DNA of 64,000 nucleotides from Candidatus Doudnabacteria bacterium. GTDB taxonomy: Bacteria > Patescibacteriota > Doudnabacteria > UBA920 > O2-02-FULL-48-8. This document shows, piece after piece, positions 54,967-64,000 of the stretch. Position 1 is the stretch's first letter. Each line of letters starts with the position of its first letter. Both the position numbers and the translations under genes were made by a program. The notes below the pieces were generated by a model, which saw only the letters and a program-made list of their open reading frames with translations, did not search any database and was not told where the DNA came from. The stretch spans positions 246,366 to 310,365 of the forward strand of contig JBBCGO010000001.1 of assembly GCA_037200925.1 (NCBI GenBank). Reading direction: 5' to 3'.

Positions 54967-56088
54967 TTAAAATATCCTATGGAACAAATTTTTGAATTGC
55001 GTGCTGTAATGTCCCACGTCATGCACTGTCACAACGACCATAAGCAATAGCAGGAGCATAAATCCGATGGTGTTCGCCCAGATCTCAGCCCGGATCGGCA
55101 TTTTCTTGCCGCGGATCTTTTCTATGATCAAAAACAATACCCGCCCGCCGTCGAGCGCCGGGAACGGCACGGCATTAATGATCGCCAGATTTACCGAGAG
55201 CACGGCCGTAAATTGCAAAAGATAAATAAACCCAAGTGCAGTGACATCCTTGGTCAGCACGGCGATCCCCACCGGACCCGAAAGCTGCGCACCCACGTTA
55301 TGGCCTTGAAAGAATTGCCCGATCAGAGATGCGAAAGTAGTAACTGTCAGGATGATCAGATTAATTACCGCTATGCCTCCTCTATAGGGAGCCTGATACC
55401 ACGGATACGAAACATAAGCAACGCTGCCCAGAGCCACTCCCAAAGATCCTTCTCCTGAGGGGGGATTTACTCTGGGAGTTATAGTTTTATCAAAAATTTC
55501 CGAGCCGCGTTTTATGGTAAAAATCGTCGGTTTGCCGGCATCGGCAAGCGTTGCGGTTTGCGTGTCCTGAATTGAACCCACCGGCTGACCGTTGATCTTA
55601 GTGATAGAATCACCCGGCTTAAGACCTGCATCTGCTGCCGGCGTCTTCGCCTCAACTTCCAGGATCCCGATCGTCTGATTTTTTATATGCGCTGACGCCG
55701 GCAGTTGGTCGCCTTCGTCCAAGACCGTAGGCAGGCCGAGACCCATGCCGATAGAGATCAGAACCCAGGCCAATATCACGTTCATCGTAACCCCGGCCAG
55801 CAATACAAAAAATCTCTGCCAAAATGATTTATTGCCGAAGCTTTCGGGGTCCGGCGAATCCGAGCCGTCTTCGCCGACGATCTTTACAAATCCCCCCAAA
55901 GGGATCCAGTTTATAGAGTAGAGTGTTTCGCCTTTTTGGATACCAAATATCCGCGGCGGGAACCCGAAGCCGAATTCCTCCACCCGCATGCCGGCGCGCT
56001 TGGCCATGATAAAATGCCCCAGTTCGTGTACGAATACGAGTATTCCGAGGATTATTATAAAAACAACAATTGCAAGCAAGATCATCAT
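54967..56088 (-). CDS. rseP: RIP metalloprotease RseP (site-2 protease, M50 family) with PDZ domain
   Basis: 373 aa; HELGHFIMAK HExxH in first TM; PDZ region; C-terminal TM helices. Confidence 0.8.
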   Translation of the reverse strand: MMILLAIVVFIIILGILVFVHELGHFIMAKRAGMRVEEFGFGFPPRIFGIQKGETLYSINWIPLGGFVKIVGEDGSDSPDPESFGNKSFWQRFFVLLAGVTMNVILAWVLISIGMGLGLPTVLDEGDQLPASAHIKNQTIGILEVEAKTPAADAGLKPGDSITKINGQPVGSIQDTQTATLADAGKPTIFTIKRGSEIFDKTITPRVNPPSGEGSLGVALGSVAYVSYPWYQAPYRGGIAVINLIILTVTTFASLIGQFFQGHNVGAQLSGPVGIAVLTKDVTALGFIYLLQFTAVLSVNLAIINAVPFPALDGGRVLFLIIEKIRGKKMPIRAEIWANTIGFMLLLLLMVVVTVHDVGHYSTQFKNLFHRIF

Positions 56089-56642
56089 ATCGTCAAAACT
56101 TCCTTCTCTTTCACATCCGCCAATTTTTTTATCTCTTCGTTATATTTATCCACGACCTCCTGCAGCTCTTCTTTGGCGGCAATTTTATCGTCTTCCGAGA
56201 TCTTGCCGTCTTTTTCCATTTTCTGGATCTCCTTCCAGGCGTCTTCGCGGATGTTGCGCACCGAGACCCGCGCCTTCTCGCTCATTTGTCCCACGACCTT
56301 GACCAGATCTTTTCTGCGCTCTTCTGTCATCTGGGGGATAGTGAGCCGAATATATGTGCCGTCATTGACGGGATTGATCCCAAGATTGGAAACCTGGACC
56401 GCCTTCTCCACATCCTTGAGCGCGTTTTTGTCATACGGCTGGATGGCAATGCTCCTAGGCTCAGGCACCGTGATCTGAGCCATGTGCATCAGCGGTGTGG
56501 GCGTGCCGTAGAATTCCACGATTAAATTTTCCACCAATGCCGCGGAAGCTCTGCCTGTGCGAAGTGAAGCTAGCTCATGCTTCATATGCTCGACGATATT
56601 TGCAAATTCACCGGTTTTTTTATCTAGAATATCCAGATTCAT
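56085..56642 (-). CDS. frr: Ribosome recycling factor
   Basis: 185 aa; full-length RRF-like with characteristic coiled-coil C-terminus. Confidence 0.9.
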   Translation of the reverse strand: MNLDILDKKTGEFANIVEHMKHELASLRTGRASAALVENLIVEFYGTPTPLMHMAQITVPEPRSIAIQPYDKNALKDVEKAVQVSNLGINPVNDGTYIRLTIPQMTEERRKDLVKVVGQMSEKARVSVRNIREDAWKEIQKMEKDGKISEDDKIAAKEELQEVVDKYNEEIKKLADVKEKEVLTI

Positions 56643-56651
56643 AATATTCCG

Positions 56652-57716
56652 TCACTGGCCCGGGCCAAGGCCCAGATAAATTACATTGTTCGTTTGGGGA
56701 TTGATCAAAATAGACCTGACTCCTGCGGCGGTGGGCAAGATCTTAGTTTCCCAGGTCACCCCGCCGTTGCTGCTTTTGAAGATCGTTGAAGATACTGCGG
56801 CAAACAGGCTGTTGGAATTATTCGGGTCCACTGCCACGGCTGATGCGCGAAGCGAAGCGTTTTTGACGGGGAAGCTTAAGAAAGCCCAGGAATTCCCGTC
56901 ATCTACGCTCCGGAACAGCCCCTGCTCTGTCCCTAAATATAACACCCCGGTCTGCCTGCGATCCAGAGCCAGATCGTAGAAAACCGTGACTGAAGTGGGC
57001 GCTTGGTTGGCGCTGCTGAAAGAGCTGCCGGAAAGTGAACCTGAGATCAGGTCCCAGCCAACTCCCAAATCAGAGCTTCTGAAAATTCCCTTATGCACCG
57101 TCAAAGCATATGCGGACCCGGAAGGCCCGAATTTTATGCGGATGATCCGATCGGCAAGATCTTTGCTTGATTGCCAGGTGTGTCCTCCGTCAAACGAGCG
57201 GATGATCTCGCCTGTGGCAAGGCCGGCCAGTACAATAGACGAATTGCCCGGCGATACTGCGACAGCCGACACTGTGTTATTTTTTGACGGTTCGGTATAA
57301 ACATCCACCCAGGAAGTGCCGCCATCCAGGCTTTTGATGATCTTGCCGTTTTGGCCCACGATGCCGGCAGCATAAATGACATTCGGCTGATACAGGTCGA
57401 TCCCGATGTCCGCAACTGATATGTTGGACAAAATATAACGCCAGGTTTTCGCCCCGTCAGTGGATTTATATATTCCTCCGGAAGCCGCCATATATAGCGT
57501 ATCAGGAGTGCTCGGGTCAAAAGCCAATGAGTTGGCGGTAACGGTGCTGATGTCCCCTTTGTTCGCCAGCTTTTCCGCAGGCTTGAAAGTTTCGCCGTTG
57601 TCTTCAGATTTCAAAACGCCGCGCACTCCTCCGCCGCCCAGATCAATAAGACCGCCGAGATCGCAGCTGGCCGCAGTCAAAGATAAGCCTAAAAGCAAAA
57701 TAATTATTTTCTTCAT
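56652..57716 (-). CDS. Secreted BNR/Asp-box repeat beta-propeller protein (sialidase/Ycf48-like fold)
   Basis: 354 aa; lipoprotein-like signal (LSLTAASC); repeated S-x-D-x-G-x-T-W motifs (SLDGGTSW, SFDGGHTW, SVDDGNSW, SSNGGVTW). Confidence 0.6.
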   Translation of the reverse strand: MKKIIILLLGLSLTAASCDLGGLIDLGGGGVRGVLKSEDNGETFKPAEKLANKGDISTVTANSLAFDPSTPDTLYMAASGGIYKSTDGAKTWRYILSNISVADIGIDLYQPNVIYAAGIVGQNGKIIKSLDGGTSWVDVYTEPSKNNTVSAVAVSPGNSSIVLAGLATGEIIRSFDGGHTWQSSKDLADRIIRIKFGPSGSAYALTVHKGIFRSSDLGVGWDLISGSLSGSSFSSANQAPTSVTVFYDLALDRRQTGVLYLGTEQGLFRSVDDGNSWAFLSFPVKNASLRASAVAVDPNNSNSLFAAVSSTIFKSSNGGVTWETKILPTAAGVRSILINPQTNNVIYLGLGPGQ

Positions 57717-58510
57717 GAACTGAGCATTAAATTGGTCAGCAAAAGTTTGGCATTCGCATTCTGATCCAAAAACCGCCGCGCATCAGCCACCTGTGAGATT
57801 TTATTCGCCAATTGCTTTTCGGCATTGGTTTGCAGAAGAGCCTGCAACTTTACTATCCAAACCTCCAGCAAGGCTTTGATCTGGACCGTTTCCAAGTCTG
57901 CTATTTCGTATGCCGCGATGAGCTTGTCGGGCAGATCAGAAGCCATAAAAGTTTGATAGTAACTTTCGCTGGTTTCCAAGGTTTCCAAAAAATCCTTGTC
58001 ATTCGCGATTCTTAGCGCCAGCCCCGGCTTGCCTCCGAACTTTGCAAATTCAATACCGGCGACCAGGCCAAAATTAATTTTCTGCGTGCGGGAAATTATA
58101 GTTTTGGGCAAACGATTTGGATTGGCGGTAACCAGAATAATTATCGTGTTATGCTTTGCTTCCTCCAAGGTTTTAAGCAAAGCATTCGCCGCTTCCGTGT
58201 TCAGATTTTCCGCCTGGTCTATGACCGCGATTTTGTATTTGGCCTGATAAGGCTTGAGAGAAAGTTTATAAACCAGTTCGCGGATCTGTTCAATTTTGAT
58301 ACCCGCCTCGCCGTTGATCTCCAAAAGGTCCGGGTGAAATTCTCTCTCACCTTCCAGCAAAGCATACGCCAACTTCAGCGCAATAGTTTTTTTGCCGACA
58401 GAATCCGGCCCGGCAAAAGTGTAGGCATGCGCCAGCCTGCCTTTTTTCACAGCATTCTCAAGAAACTCAATTTGTCTTTTGTGTCCGGCAATTTGCCAAT
58501 CTATGTCCAT
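57713..58510 (-). CDS. holB: DNA polymerase III delta-prime subunit
   Basis: 265 aa; AHAYTFAGPDSVGKKT P-loop-like clamp-loader motif. Confidence 0.7.
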   Translation of the reverse strand: MDIDWQIAGHKRQIEFLENAVKKGRLAHAYTFAGPDSVGKKTIALKLAYALLEGEREFHPDLLEINGEAGIKIEQIRELVYKLSLKPYQAKYKIAVIDQAENLNTEAANALLKTLEEAKHNTIIILVTANPNRLPKTIISRTQKINFGLVAGIEFAKFGGKPGLALRIANDKDFLETLETSESYYQTFMASDLPDKLIAAYEIADLETVQIKALLEVWIVKLQALLQTNAEKQLANKISQVADARRFLDQNANAKLLLTNLMLSS

Positions 58511-59612
58511 AAAGCCAGTAAATTATAACATTTTTGATAATTTAAGCCAAATAAAAAATCAGTAGACCTTTTTAATCGATCCTGCGAACGATATCGCGAA
58601 GTTTCGATTACAGTCCACTGATTTTTATTTTGTACAAATTGTTTCTCGCGCAGAGATAGGCTTAACCTCAAGTATCTTAAGTTAACCTAATTATTGAGTC
58701 AAAAAATTAAAAAAACTATATAATTGCTTGTGTTTTCGATCACTGCGTGGACAACATGTGGGTAGCTTTGGGAGAAACTGTTATTGTTCGTTAGACTCCT
58801 CGCTGCGCTCGAAGAATACAGATATTTAAAAACCACCTTACGGTGATTTTTAATGAACCGGTGTGCTGCTGCTTCCGCTAACTTTGCCCTTACGGACTCC
58901 ACTAGCCTGGGAACTGGTCCAAGAGGTTGCCCTTGCTTGTTCTTAACCGGCGCCGTTTCTTGCGCCAGCGTACCAATTCGGATTCAACAGTGCCTGATCC
59001 TTCGAACAGCTTTTTTAGTGCCGTCCTGATTCGAAAAGATTACTCCTTCCGAATTCCATGGTGAAACTATTATAGAAACCTGAGTTTATGCCGTCAAGAA
59101 AAAATAAAATATTCAAAAAATCTAAGGAATACTCAAAATTTTTTCCGAGTTGTGCATAAACTGTGTTTAACCTTTGGATATTTTGTGGTTAAAAAAACCG
59201 CAAATCAGGCGATTTGCGGGGCAGCGGCAAAGGACCGACTGCTGGGAAATGATTCCTCCGGATAATTCCAGCAACAGCAGAGAATTGAGTGACCGCTTCC
59301 CTTAAAGCGATTGAATCTCAATCCTTCTGCTTTGCCGGGCCGCTCCAAGGCAGACATTCGCTGGGGGTATGGAACGGCAAGAACGAGGAGTTGGCATAGT
59401 GCGCGCGCTTAGGATACCCAAGGCCGCAGGCCAAATGCGCGATCTTCTTTCACAGCCGGCGCATGGCGACGCCTGGCTGGCGATCAACACAACCTCTGCC
59501 TTCTCCTCGCGAGGCCGAAACTGCCGGCCTCTCACTCAAACTCAAACTTAAAACAACTGGTAGCTACAAATGTAGTTCCAGTTGAGTATTTTGTCAACAG
59601 GTGGCACAGTCT
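58511..59612. other. 1.1-kb ORF-free structured intergenic region with candidate promoters/terminators (possible sRNA loci)
   Basis: no credible ORF; plus-strand TTGAGT-17-TATATAAT promoter (58694..58724) about 110 nt upstream of hairpin+T-run (58828..58853); minus-strand TTGACA-17-TACATT (59569..59597) about 365 nt upstream of strong terminator 59190..59219; GC-rich 59230..59560. Confidence 0.3.
59190..59219 (-). terminator. Rho-independent terminator (minus strand)
   Basis: CCGCAAATC-gcct-GATTTGCGG followed by T7 on minus strand. Confidence 0.6.
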
Positions 59613-61334
59613 CTACCAGCCGCCTCCTCCGCCTCCGCCTCCGCCGCCTCCAACACCGCCCCCGCTAAACCCGCTGCCTCCGGAGGCGGCAGTACTAAAG
59701 CTTGCCGCCGAAACGCTGCCAAAATTCCCCAGATCATGGGTAAATGCAATGGCGGAAAATTGCGGCCCCCAAACTCCGCCATACCAGGTTGGCGGCTGTT
59801 TATAGATATTCTCAAATTGCGCAGCCCATTCTTTTTCAACTTTTAACACTATCGCATACGGCAGCAGTTTTTCAAAAACTGCAGGCGTTTTTTCCGGGGC
59901 ATTATGGAATCTGATCCGGTCCGCCTCGGCAACCGACAGATATTCTTGCAAGCCTTTAATTTGATCCCGGACCAAAACTCCTTTTTCCGTCCGCCGCGGC
60001 ATTATGTATCCGAAAGCAATTATTAACAACCCTGTCAGGATCAGACTGAAAACCGAGGCAAAATTCGGCGGCAAGCCCACGTTGCCCAGGTAAGGCGCGC
60101 TAACAATCGAAAAGACGATCACTGCCAGGCCCACCGAGATAAAAAGGCTTTTGATGACAGTCGGGTTGCTGCTAAAATAGCCTTTGTTCACGGTGTTTTT
60201 ATAAACATCCATCATTATTTGACTGGCTTTGGAAGAAAAGCTGCCTTTCAGATCGGATGTCTTGACGCTCTGTTTGCCGTCAAATAATCCGGTCAAAAGT
60301 TGTTGGTCAAAACTATTTTCCAGATCATCGAAAGGTTTGAGCAGATCCAATTGGTAATCATAAGAGGCAAAAAGAGATGCTGCAAAGGAGTGTTCCTCGA
60401 TGCGGGTGATCTTTAAATAACCTTGGACCGCCAGCTGGATAATTTCCGCCGTTAAATCACGGTTATCAACTTTTCCGTCAATGATTGCCCCGACCTCGAT
60501 TGGACTGAGGTTGTCAGGCGGTCCGTATTCGGCAATTATAACCTCCCGGTCTTTGGGGTCCCTGCCTTTTTTGTTCCAATAGTAAAGCAAAAAGATGAAT
60601 GCCAAAAGCGGAATTACAAAACCCCAATTGTCAGTCAAAAAATCTTTTATTTTCGAAAGTGTCCCGGGAGGAGTGACTATTCCTTTGGGCCAGCCGACCA
60701 CGATCGTCATGCCTTGGCCCGGCTGCAAAGGTTGCGTGTATGTAAAATTGATAATTTCTCCGGCTTTTTCAGAATTGCAAAGAGTACTGCTGCCCATAGC
60801 GCCGATAAAACAAGTGGCCTGTATATCCTGCTCTTTGATCCCGGACGGCAATTCCACAGTTGCCGATGTTTGGCCGATCGGCACTTTCCAGTCTGTGCCC
60901 AGCGTATTCCAGTACAGTTCGTCGTGATCGGAAAAGAAATTTATGGCCCGTTTTACGTCATAAGTAATAATATAAGTATGCGCTCCGGCTATTGTGACAT
61001 TAGGATCCCCGATCTTAATTTCCATATTGTCGCCGATGCCGGAAACTGAAAACGGCTGGGGAACGCCTTGGTCATCAGATACTTTTATATTGGACAATCT
61101 TAAATTAAACGCGGACAAGCCGGTATTATACTTTACCGGAATATCCCGATATATGCCGTGGTGCGCCACATTGCCAAAATCATAGCGGATGGTTTCCTTT
61201 ACGTTGATGGTGCTGTCAGTATTGACTTTGATATGAACATCAATGTTCGTAGCTGATTCAGCGCTGCCCGAAAGCTGCGCCTGAACCAGAAGCGGCATAA
61301 ATAGCAAAATAAAGATTGCGGCAAACTTCTTCAT
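59613..61334 (-). CDS. DUF2207-family membrane protein with C-terminal poly-Gly tail
   Basis: signal peptide MKKFAAIFILLFMPLLVQA, large extracytoplasmic domain, 3 TM helices, C-terminal GGSGFSGGGVGGGGGGGGGGGW; start set at ATG 61334 (track ORF extends into mreB paralog). Confidence 0.6.
   Translation of the reverse strand: MKKFAAIFILLFMPLLVQAQLSGSAESATNIDVHIKVNTDSTINVKETIRYDFGNVAHHGIYRDIPVKYNTGLSAFNLRLSNIKVSDDQGVPQPFSVSGIGDNMEIKIGDPNVTIAGAHTYIITYDVKRAINFFSDHDELYWNTLGTDWKVPIGQTSATVELPSGIKEQDIQATCFIGAMGSSTLCNSEKAGEIINFTYTQPLQPGQGMTIVVGWPKGIVTPPGTLSKIKDFLTDNWGFVIPLLAFIFLLYYWNKKGRDPKDREVIIAEYGPPDNLSPIEVGAIIDGKVDNRDLTAEIIQLAVQGYLKITRIEEHSFAASLFASYDYQLDLLKPFDDLENSFDQQLLTGLFDGKQSVKTSDLKGSFSSKASQIMMDVYKNTVNKGYFSSNPTVIKSLFISVGLAVIVFSIVSAPYLGNVGLPPNFASVFSLILTGLLIIAFGYIMPRRTEKGVLVRDQIKGLQEYLSVAEADRIRFHNAPEKTPAVFEKLLPYAIVLKVEKEWAAQFENIYKQPPTWYGGVWGPQFSAIAFTHDLGNFGSVSAASFSTAASGGSGFSGGGVGGGGGGGGGGGW
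59617..59662. repeat. (GGC/GGA)n simple-sequence tract encoding the poly-Gly tail
   Basis: CCGCCTCCTCCGCCTCCGCCTCCGCCGCCTCC low-complexity run; potential slippage site. Confidence 0.7.
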
Positions 61335-61335
61335 G

Positions 61336-62343
61336 TTATTTACTGGCCAAAATGCTCTTTTTATAGCTTTCCAAATTGTCCAGCGCAATACCTGTGCCTT
61401 TGACCACGCACAATATGGCGTCTTCAGCCACATACGCCGGCACGCCGGTCGCCTGGCCGATAAGCTTGTCTATATTTTTCAGCAAAGCCGTGCCGCCGGT
61501 TAGGATCATGCCTTTGTCAATAATATCCGCAGCCAGTTCCGGCGGCGTTTCCTGCAGCACTGACCGGATGGCTTTGATGATCTCGCGCAGTTCTTCCTGG
61601 ATCGCTTCTACCACTTCATTGGTTGAAACTTGGATGGTTTTGGGCAGGCCCTGGACCATATCGCGCCCGCGGATCTCAATGACGGTCTCTTTTTCTACCG
61701 GCAAAGCTGAGCCGATCTTGATCTTGATTTCTTCAGCTGTCCTGTCTCCCACTGCCAAACCGTGTTTTTTCTTTATGTAATCCGCAATGGCCTGGTCCAT
61801 CTTATTGCCCGCCACCCGCACCGAAGTTTGCGTCACGATCCCACCCAAGGACAGGATCGCCACGTCAGTGGTGCCGCCGCCCATATCAATGACCATGTTG
61901 CCCGCAGCCGCGGCAATATCAATTCCCGCCCCGATGGCCGCGGCGACAGTTTCTTTGATCACGTACGCGGCTTTGGCTCCCGCTGCTTGCGCCGCATCTA
62001 TCACCGCCCGCCTCTCCGTGGAAGTGATCCCGCCAGGCACCGAGATCATGACCTCAGGCCGGAAAAACCGGATATTGCCAGTGGTTTTATTGATAAAATA
62101 CCGAAGCATGGCCTCGGTCACGCGGTAATCAGCGATCACTCCGTCCTTCATCGGCCGGTGAGCCACGATCGTATCCGGGGTCCGGCCCAGCATTTCTTTC
62201 GCTTCCGCACCCACAGCCAGGATCCGGTTGTCGATTATTGATATCGCGACCACTGTCGGCTCGTTGAAAACTATGCCTTTCTTCGGCACGAAAACCAAAG
62301 TGTTGGCCGTGCCCAGGTCAATCCCTATCTTTTGTAAAAACAT
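61336..62343 (-). CDS. MreB/Mbl-family actin homolog, second paralog
   Basis: 335 aa; IGIDLGTANTLVFV and DMGGGTTDVAIL ATPase motifs; about 45% identical by eye to 50639..51697 product. Confidence 0.8.
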   Translation of the reverse strand: MFLQKIGIDLGTANTLVFVPKKGIVFNEPTVVAISIIDNRILAVGAEAKEMLGRTPDTIVAHRPMKDGVIADYRVTEAMLRYFINKTTGNIRFFRPEVMISVPGGITSTERRAVIDAAQAAGAKAAYVIKETVAAAIGAGIDIAAAAGNMVIDMGGGTTDVAILSLGGIVTQTSVRVAGNKMDQAIADYIKKKHGLAVGDRTAEEIKIKIGSALPVEKETVIEIRGRDMVQGLPKTIQVSTNEVVEAIQEELREIIKAIRSVLQETPPELAADIIDKGMILTGGTALLKNIDKLIGQATGVPAYVAEDAILCVVKGTGIALDNLESYKKSILASK

Positions 62344-62345
62344 GA

Positions 62346-63599
62346 TTAGTCTGTCCTTTTAATGTCTGCGCCGATCGCGCCTAGTCTTTCTTCTAATTTC
62401 TCATATCCGCGGTCAATATGCTCAACGCCGTCTATTTCTGATTCTCCATTTGCAACAAGTGCTGCGATGACCAGAGTGATGCCCATGCGCAGGTCGTAGC
62501 TAGTTATCTTAGCATTATGTAAAGGGGTCGGGCCAGTAATTTTTACGCGATGCGGATCCAGGATCTCGGCCTGGGCCCCCATTTTCTTCAACTGGTCAAT
62601 GTACCCGAGCCGATTTTCATAAAGCCATTCGTAAACCAAAGATTCGCCTGTTGCCTGCGTCGCCAGCACGGCCAGAGCCGGCACATCATCTGAGGCTAGT
62701 TTCGGGTAAAGCCCGCATTGGATCTTTGATGCGGCATAATCCTGCTTGGGCGGCGAAACGTGCACGAAATCGGATCCAGCATCAAAATTAACTTTCATTT
62801 TTGCAAGCTGCATCAAAAAATCATCTAGATACTCCGGGTTTAACCCTGTTACTTTCAAATCAGCCTTGGTGGCAGCCCCTAAGGCAATAAAACTTGCCGC
62901 TTCATTGGAATCGGGGATCAATTCAATTTCTGCACCGTGCAAATTTTTTACACCATCAATAATAATTGTCGTAGTGCCGATGCCGGAAATTTTGGCTCCC
63001 ATTTTATTTAAAAATTCGCACAGCTGCTGTACGTGCGGCTCCATAGCCGCAAGCTTGATGGTCGTTTGGCCTTGTGCCAAAACACTTGCCAGAATAGCAT
63101 TTTCAGTGGCAGTGACGGAAGACTCAGGCAATACAATTTTCGCGCCTTTAAGCTTTGCGGCTGAAATTTCAATTTCTCCATTAGAGGAAACATTCGCGCC
63201 CAAAGCTTCAAATGACGCCACGTGGGCATCGATCGGCCGTTTGCCGATCAGGTCGCCTCCGGGAAAGCTCATTTTAGCTTTTTTTGTGCGGCCCAGAAGC
63301 GCGCCCAACAGAACAATTGAACCGCGCAGTTTGCCGGTCAATTCGGGATTTAATTCAGATTTGTTTAAATTTGCAGCATTGACCGATAAAGCATGATCAG
63401 AAACCTGCACCTCAACTCCCAAGTCTGTGATGAGATCAACCATAACCTGCTTATCCTTGATTTCAGGCACATTGGTAAACCTGCAGGGCTCAATTGTCAG
63501 CAAGCTTGCGGCAAACAACGGAAACAAAGCGTTTTTAGATCCTGAAACGCGCATTTCCCCCTTCAACTTTTTTCCGCCGTTGATAATAAACTTGGACAT
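62346..63599 (-). CDS. murA: UDP-N-acetylglucosamine 1-carboxyvinyltransferase
   Basis: 417 aa; typical EPT fold length; conserved RVSGSKNA N-terminal loop and active-site Cys region. Confidence 0.9.
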   Translation of the reverse strand: MSKFIINGGKKLKGEMRVSGSKNALFPLFAASLLTIEPCRFTNVPEIKDKQVMVDLITDLGVEVQVSDHALSVNAANLNKSELNPELTGKLRGSIVLLGALLGRTKKAKMSFPGGDLIGKRPIDAHVASFEALGANVSSNGEIEISAAKLKGAKIVLPESSVTATENAILASVLAQGQTTIKLAAMEPHVQQLCEFLNKMGAKISGIGTTTIIIDGVKNLHGAEIELIPDSNEAASFIALGAATKADLKVTGLNPEYLDDFLMQLAKMKVNFDAGSDFVHVSPPKQDYAASKIQCGLYPKLASDDVPALAVLATQATGESLVYEWLYENRLGYIDQLKKMGAQAEILDPHRVKITGPTPLHNAKITSYDLRMGITLVIAALVANGESEIDGVEHIDRGYEKLEERLGAIGADIKRTD

Positions 63600-63602
63600 A
63601 TT

Positions 63603-64000
63603 TTAAAATCCGATGAACTCCGGTTCAGGTGCTAATTCTATTCCGGTTTTCGCCAAAACTTCTGCTTTGACCAGTTCAAACAATTTCATCACATCCGCGG
63701 CTTTAGCTTGGCCCAGGTTAACTATAACCAATGGCTGGCGTTCCCACAACCTGGCATCGCCTGCGCTGCGGCCTTTCAGTCCGCAAATGTCTATCAGAAA
63801 CGCTGCCGGGACTTTGATCCCATCTGCCTGGGGAAATTTGTTCACTGCCGTGATCAATTTATCTGCTGTTTCGCTGCCGAAATTCTCCTTGATGCGTTCC
63901 AGCGTGGTATCAAATTGCTCTTTGTTTAAAATAATGTTTTTAAAAAATGAACCGGCCGTGCCGACTGCCGCAAGGTCCGGAAACTTACTTTTACGGATCT
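63603..64000 (-). CDS. murB: UDP-N-acetylenolpyruvoylglucosamine reductase MurB, C-terminal part (N-terminus beyond window end)
   Basis: frame stays open to window edge; AGSFFKN motif and C-terminal ...IDICGLKGRSAGDARL...IVNLGQAKAADV... MurB substrate-binding domain. Confidence 0.7.
   Translation of the reverse strand, partial: IRKSKFPDLAAVGTAGSFFKNIILNKEQFDTTLERIKENFGSETADKLITAVNKFPQADGIKVPAAFLIDICGLKGRSAGDARLWERQPLVIVNLGQAKAADVMKLFELVKAEVLAKTGIELAPEPEFIGF

Noticed and set aside
58699-58902. 67-aa minus-strand ORF and the 59302..59535 / 59369..59551 ORFs
   Set aside because: The first runs through a hairpin/T-run terminator; the others are Arg/Pro-rich translations of GC-rich non-coding sequence with no RBS.
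58511-59612. Known structured RNAs (RNase P RNA, tmRNA, SRP RNA, tRNA)
   Set aside because: Searched both strands by eye for RNase P P4 (GGAAAGUCCGG / ACAGAACCCGGCUUA), tRNA T-arm (GGTTCGAATCC-like), 3' CCA/CCACCA, and SRP domain IV (GGAAGCAGCC); none present. A covariance-model search would be needed to be definitive.

Overview
This 64-kb window looks like a compact, gene-dense bacterial genome fragment, probably from a Patescibacteria/CPR-like organism (inference from small housekeeping genes, an archaeal-type ProRS and giant Hint-containing surface proteins). Base composition is a mosaic: the backbone is moderately AT-rich, a 12.7-kb island is strongly AT-rich, and several inserts are GC-rich.

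The backbone carries cell-envelope and division genes (pyrH, ftsQ-like, ddl, alr, mreB-mreC-mreD-PBP2, a second mreB, murA, partial murB, rseP, frr, holB). It also carries serS, lysS, archaeal-type proS, msrA, tspO, greA, an Nramp transporter, and very large secreted/surface proteins.

Most notable features:
- A roughly 12.7-kb AT-rich island (22.8-35.5 kb) is bounded by two 116-bp, 97%-identical inverted repeats. It carries a cis-co-oriented defense-like operon: a DUF262-HNH nuclease, a C5-cytosine methyltransferase, a MORC-like GHKL ATPase and a Cas4-like Fe-S PD-(D/E)xK nuclease. The ATPase is interrupted at an A8 homopolymer, and a -1 slip would restore the reading frame.
- The same island carries an N6/N4 methyltransferase preceded by a small unlisted AbrB/MazE-fold gene, a YgjP-like metalloprotease and an ice-binding-like (DUF3494) protein.
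- A 1850-aa surface protein contains a mini-Hint / bacterial-intein-like module flanked by a perfect 15-bp direct repeat.
- Three unrelated secreted proteins share a conserved C-terminal module.
- Several GC-rich small-gene cassettes are driven by near-consensus sigma70 promoters and end in near-identical terminators.
- Palindromic repeat families (ATTCGCGCGAAT around an arsR-like regulator; TTAATTACGTAATTAA upstream of island genes) recur across the window.
- A 1.1-kb ORF-free, structured region (58.5-59.6 kb) may encode sRNAs.
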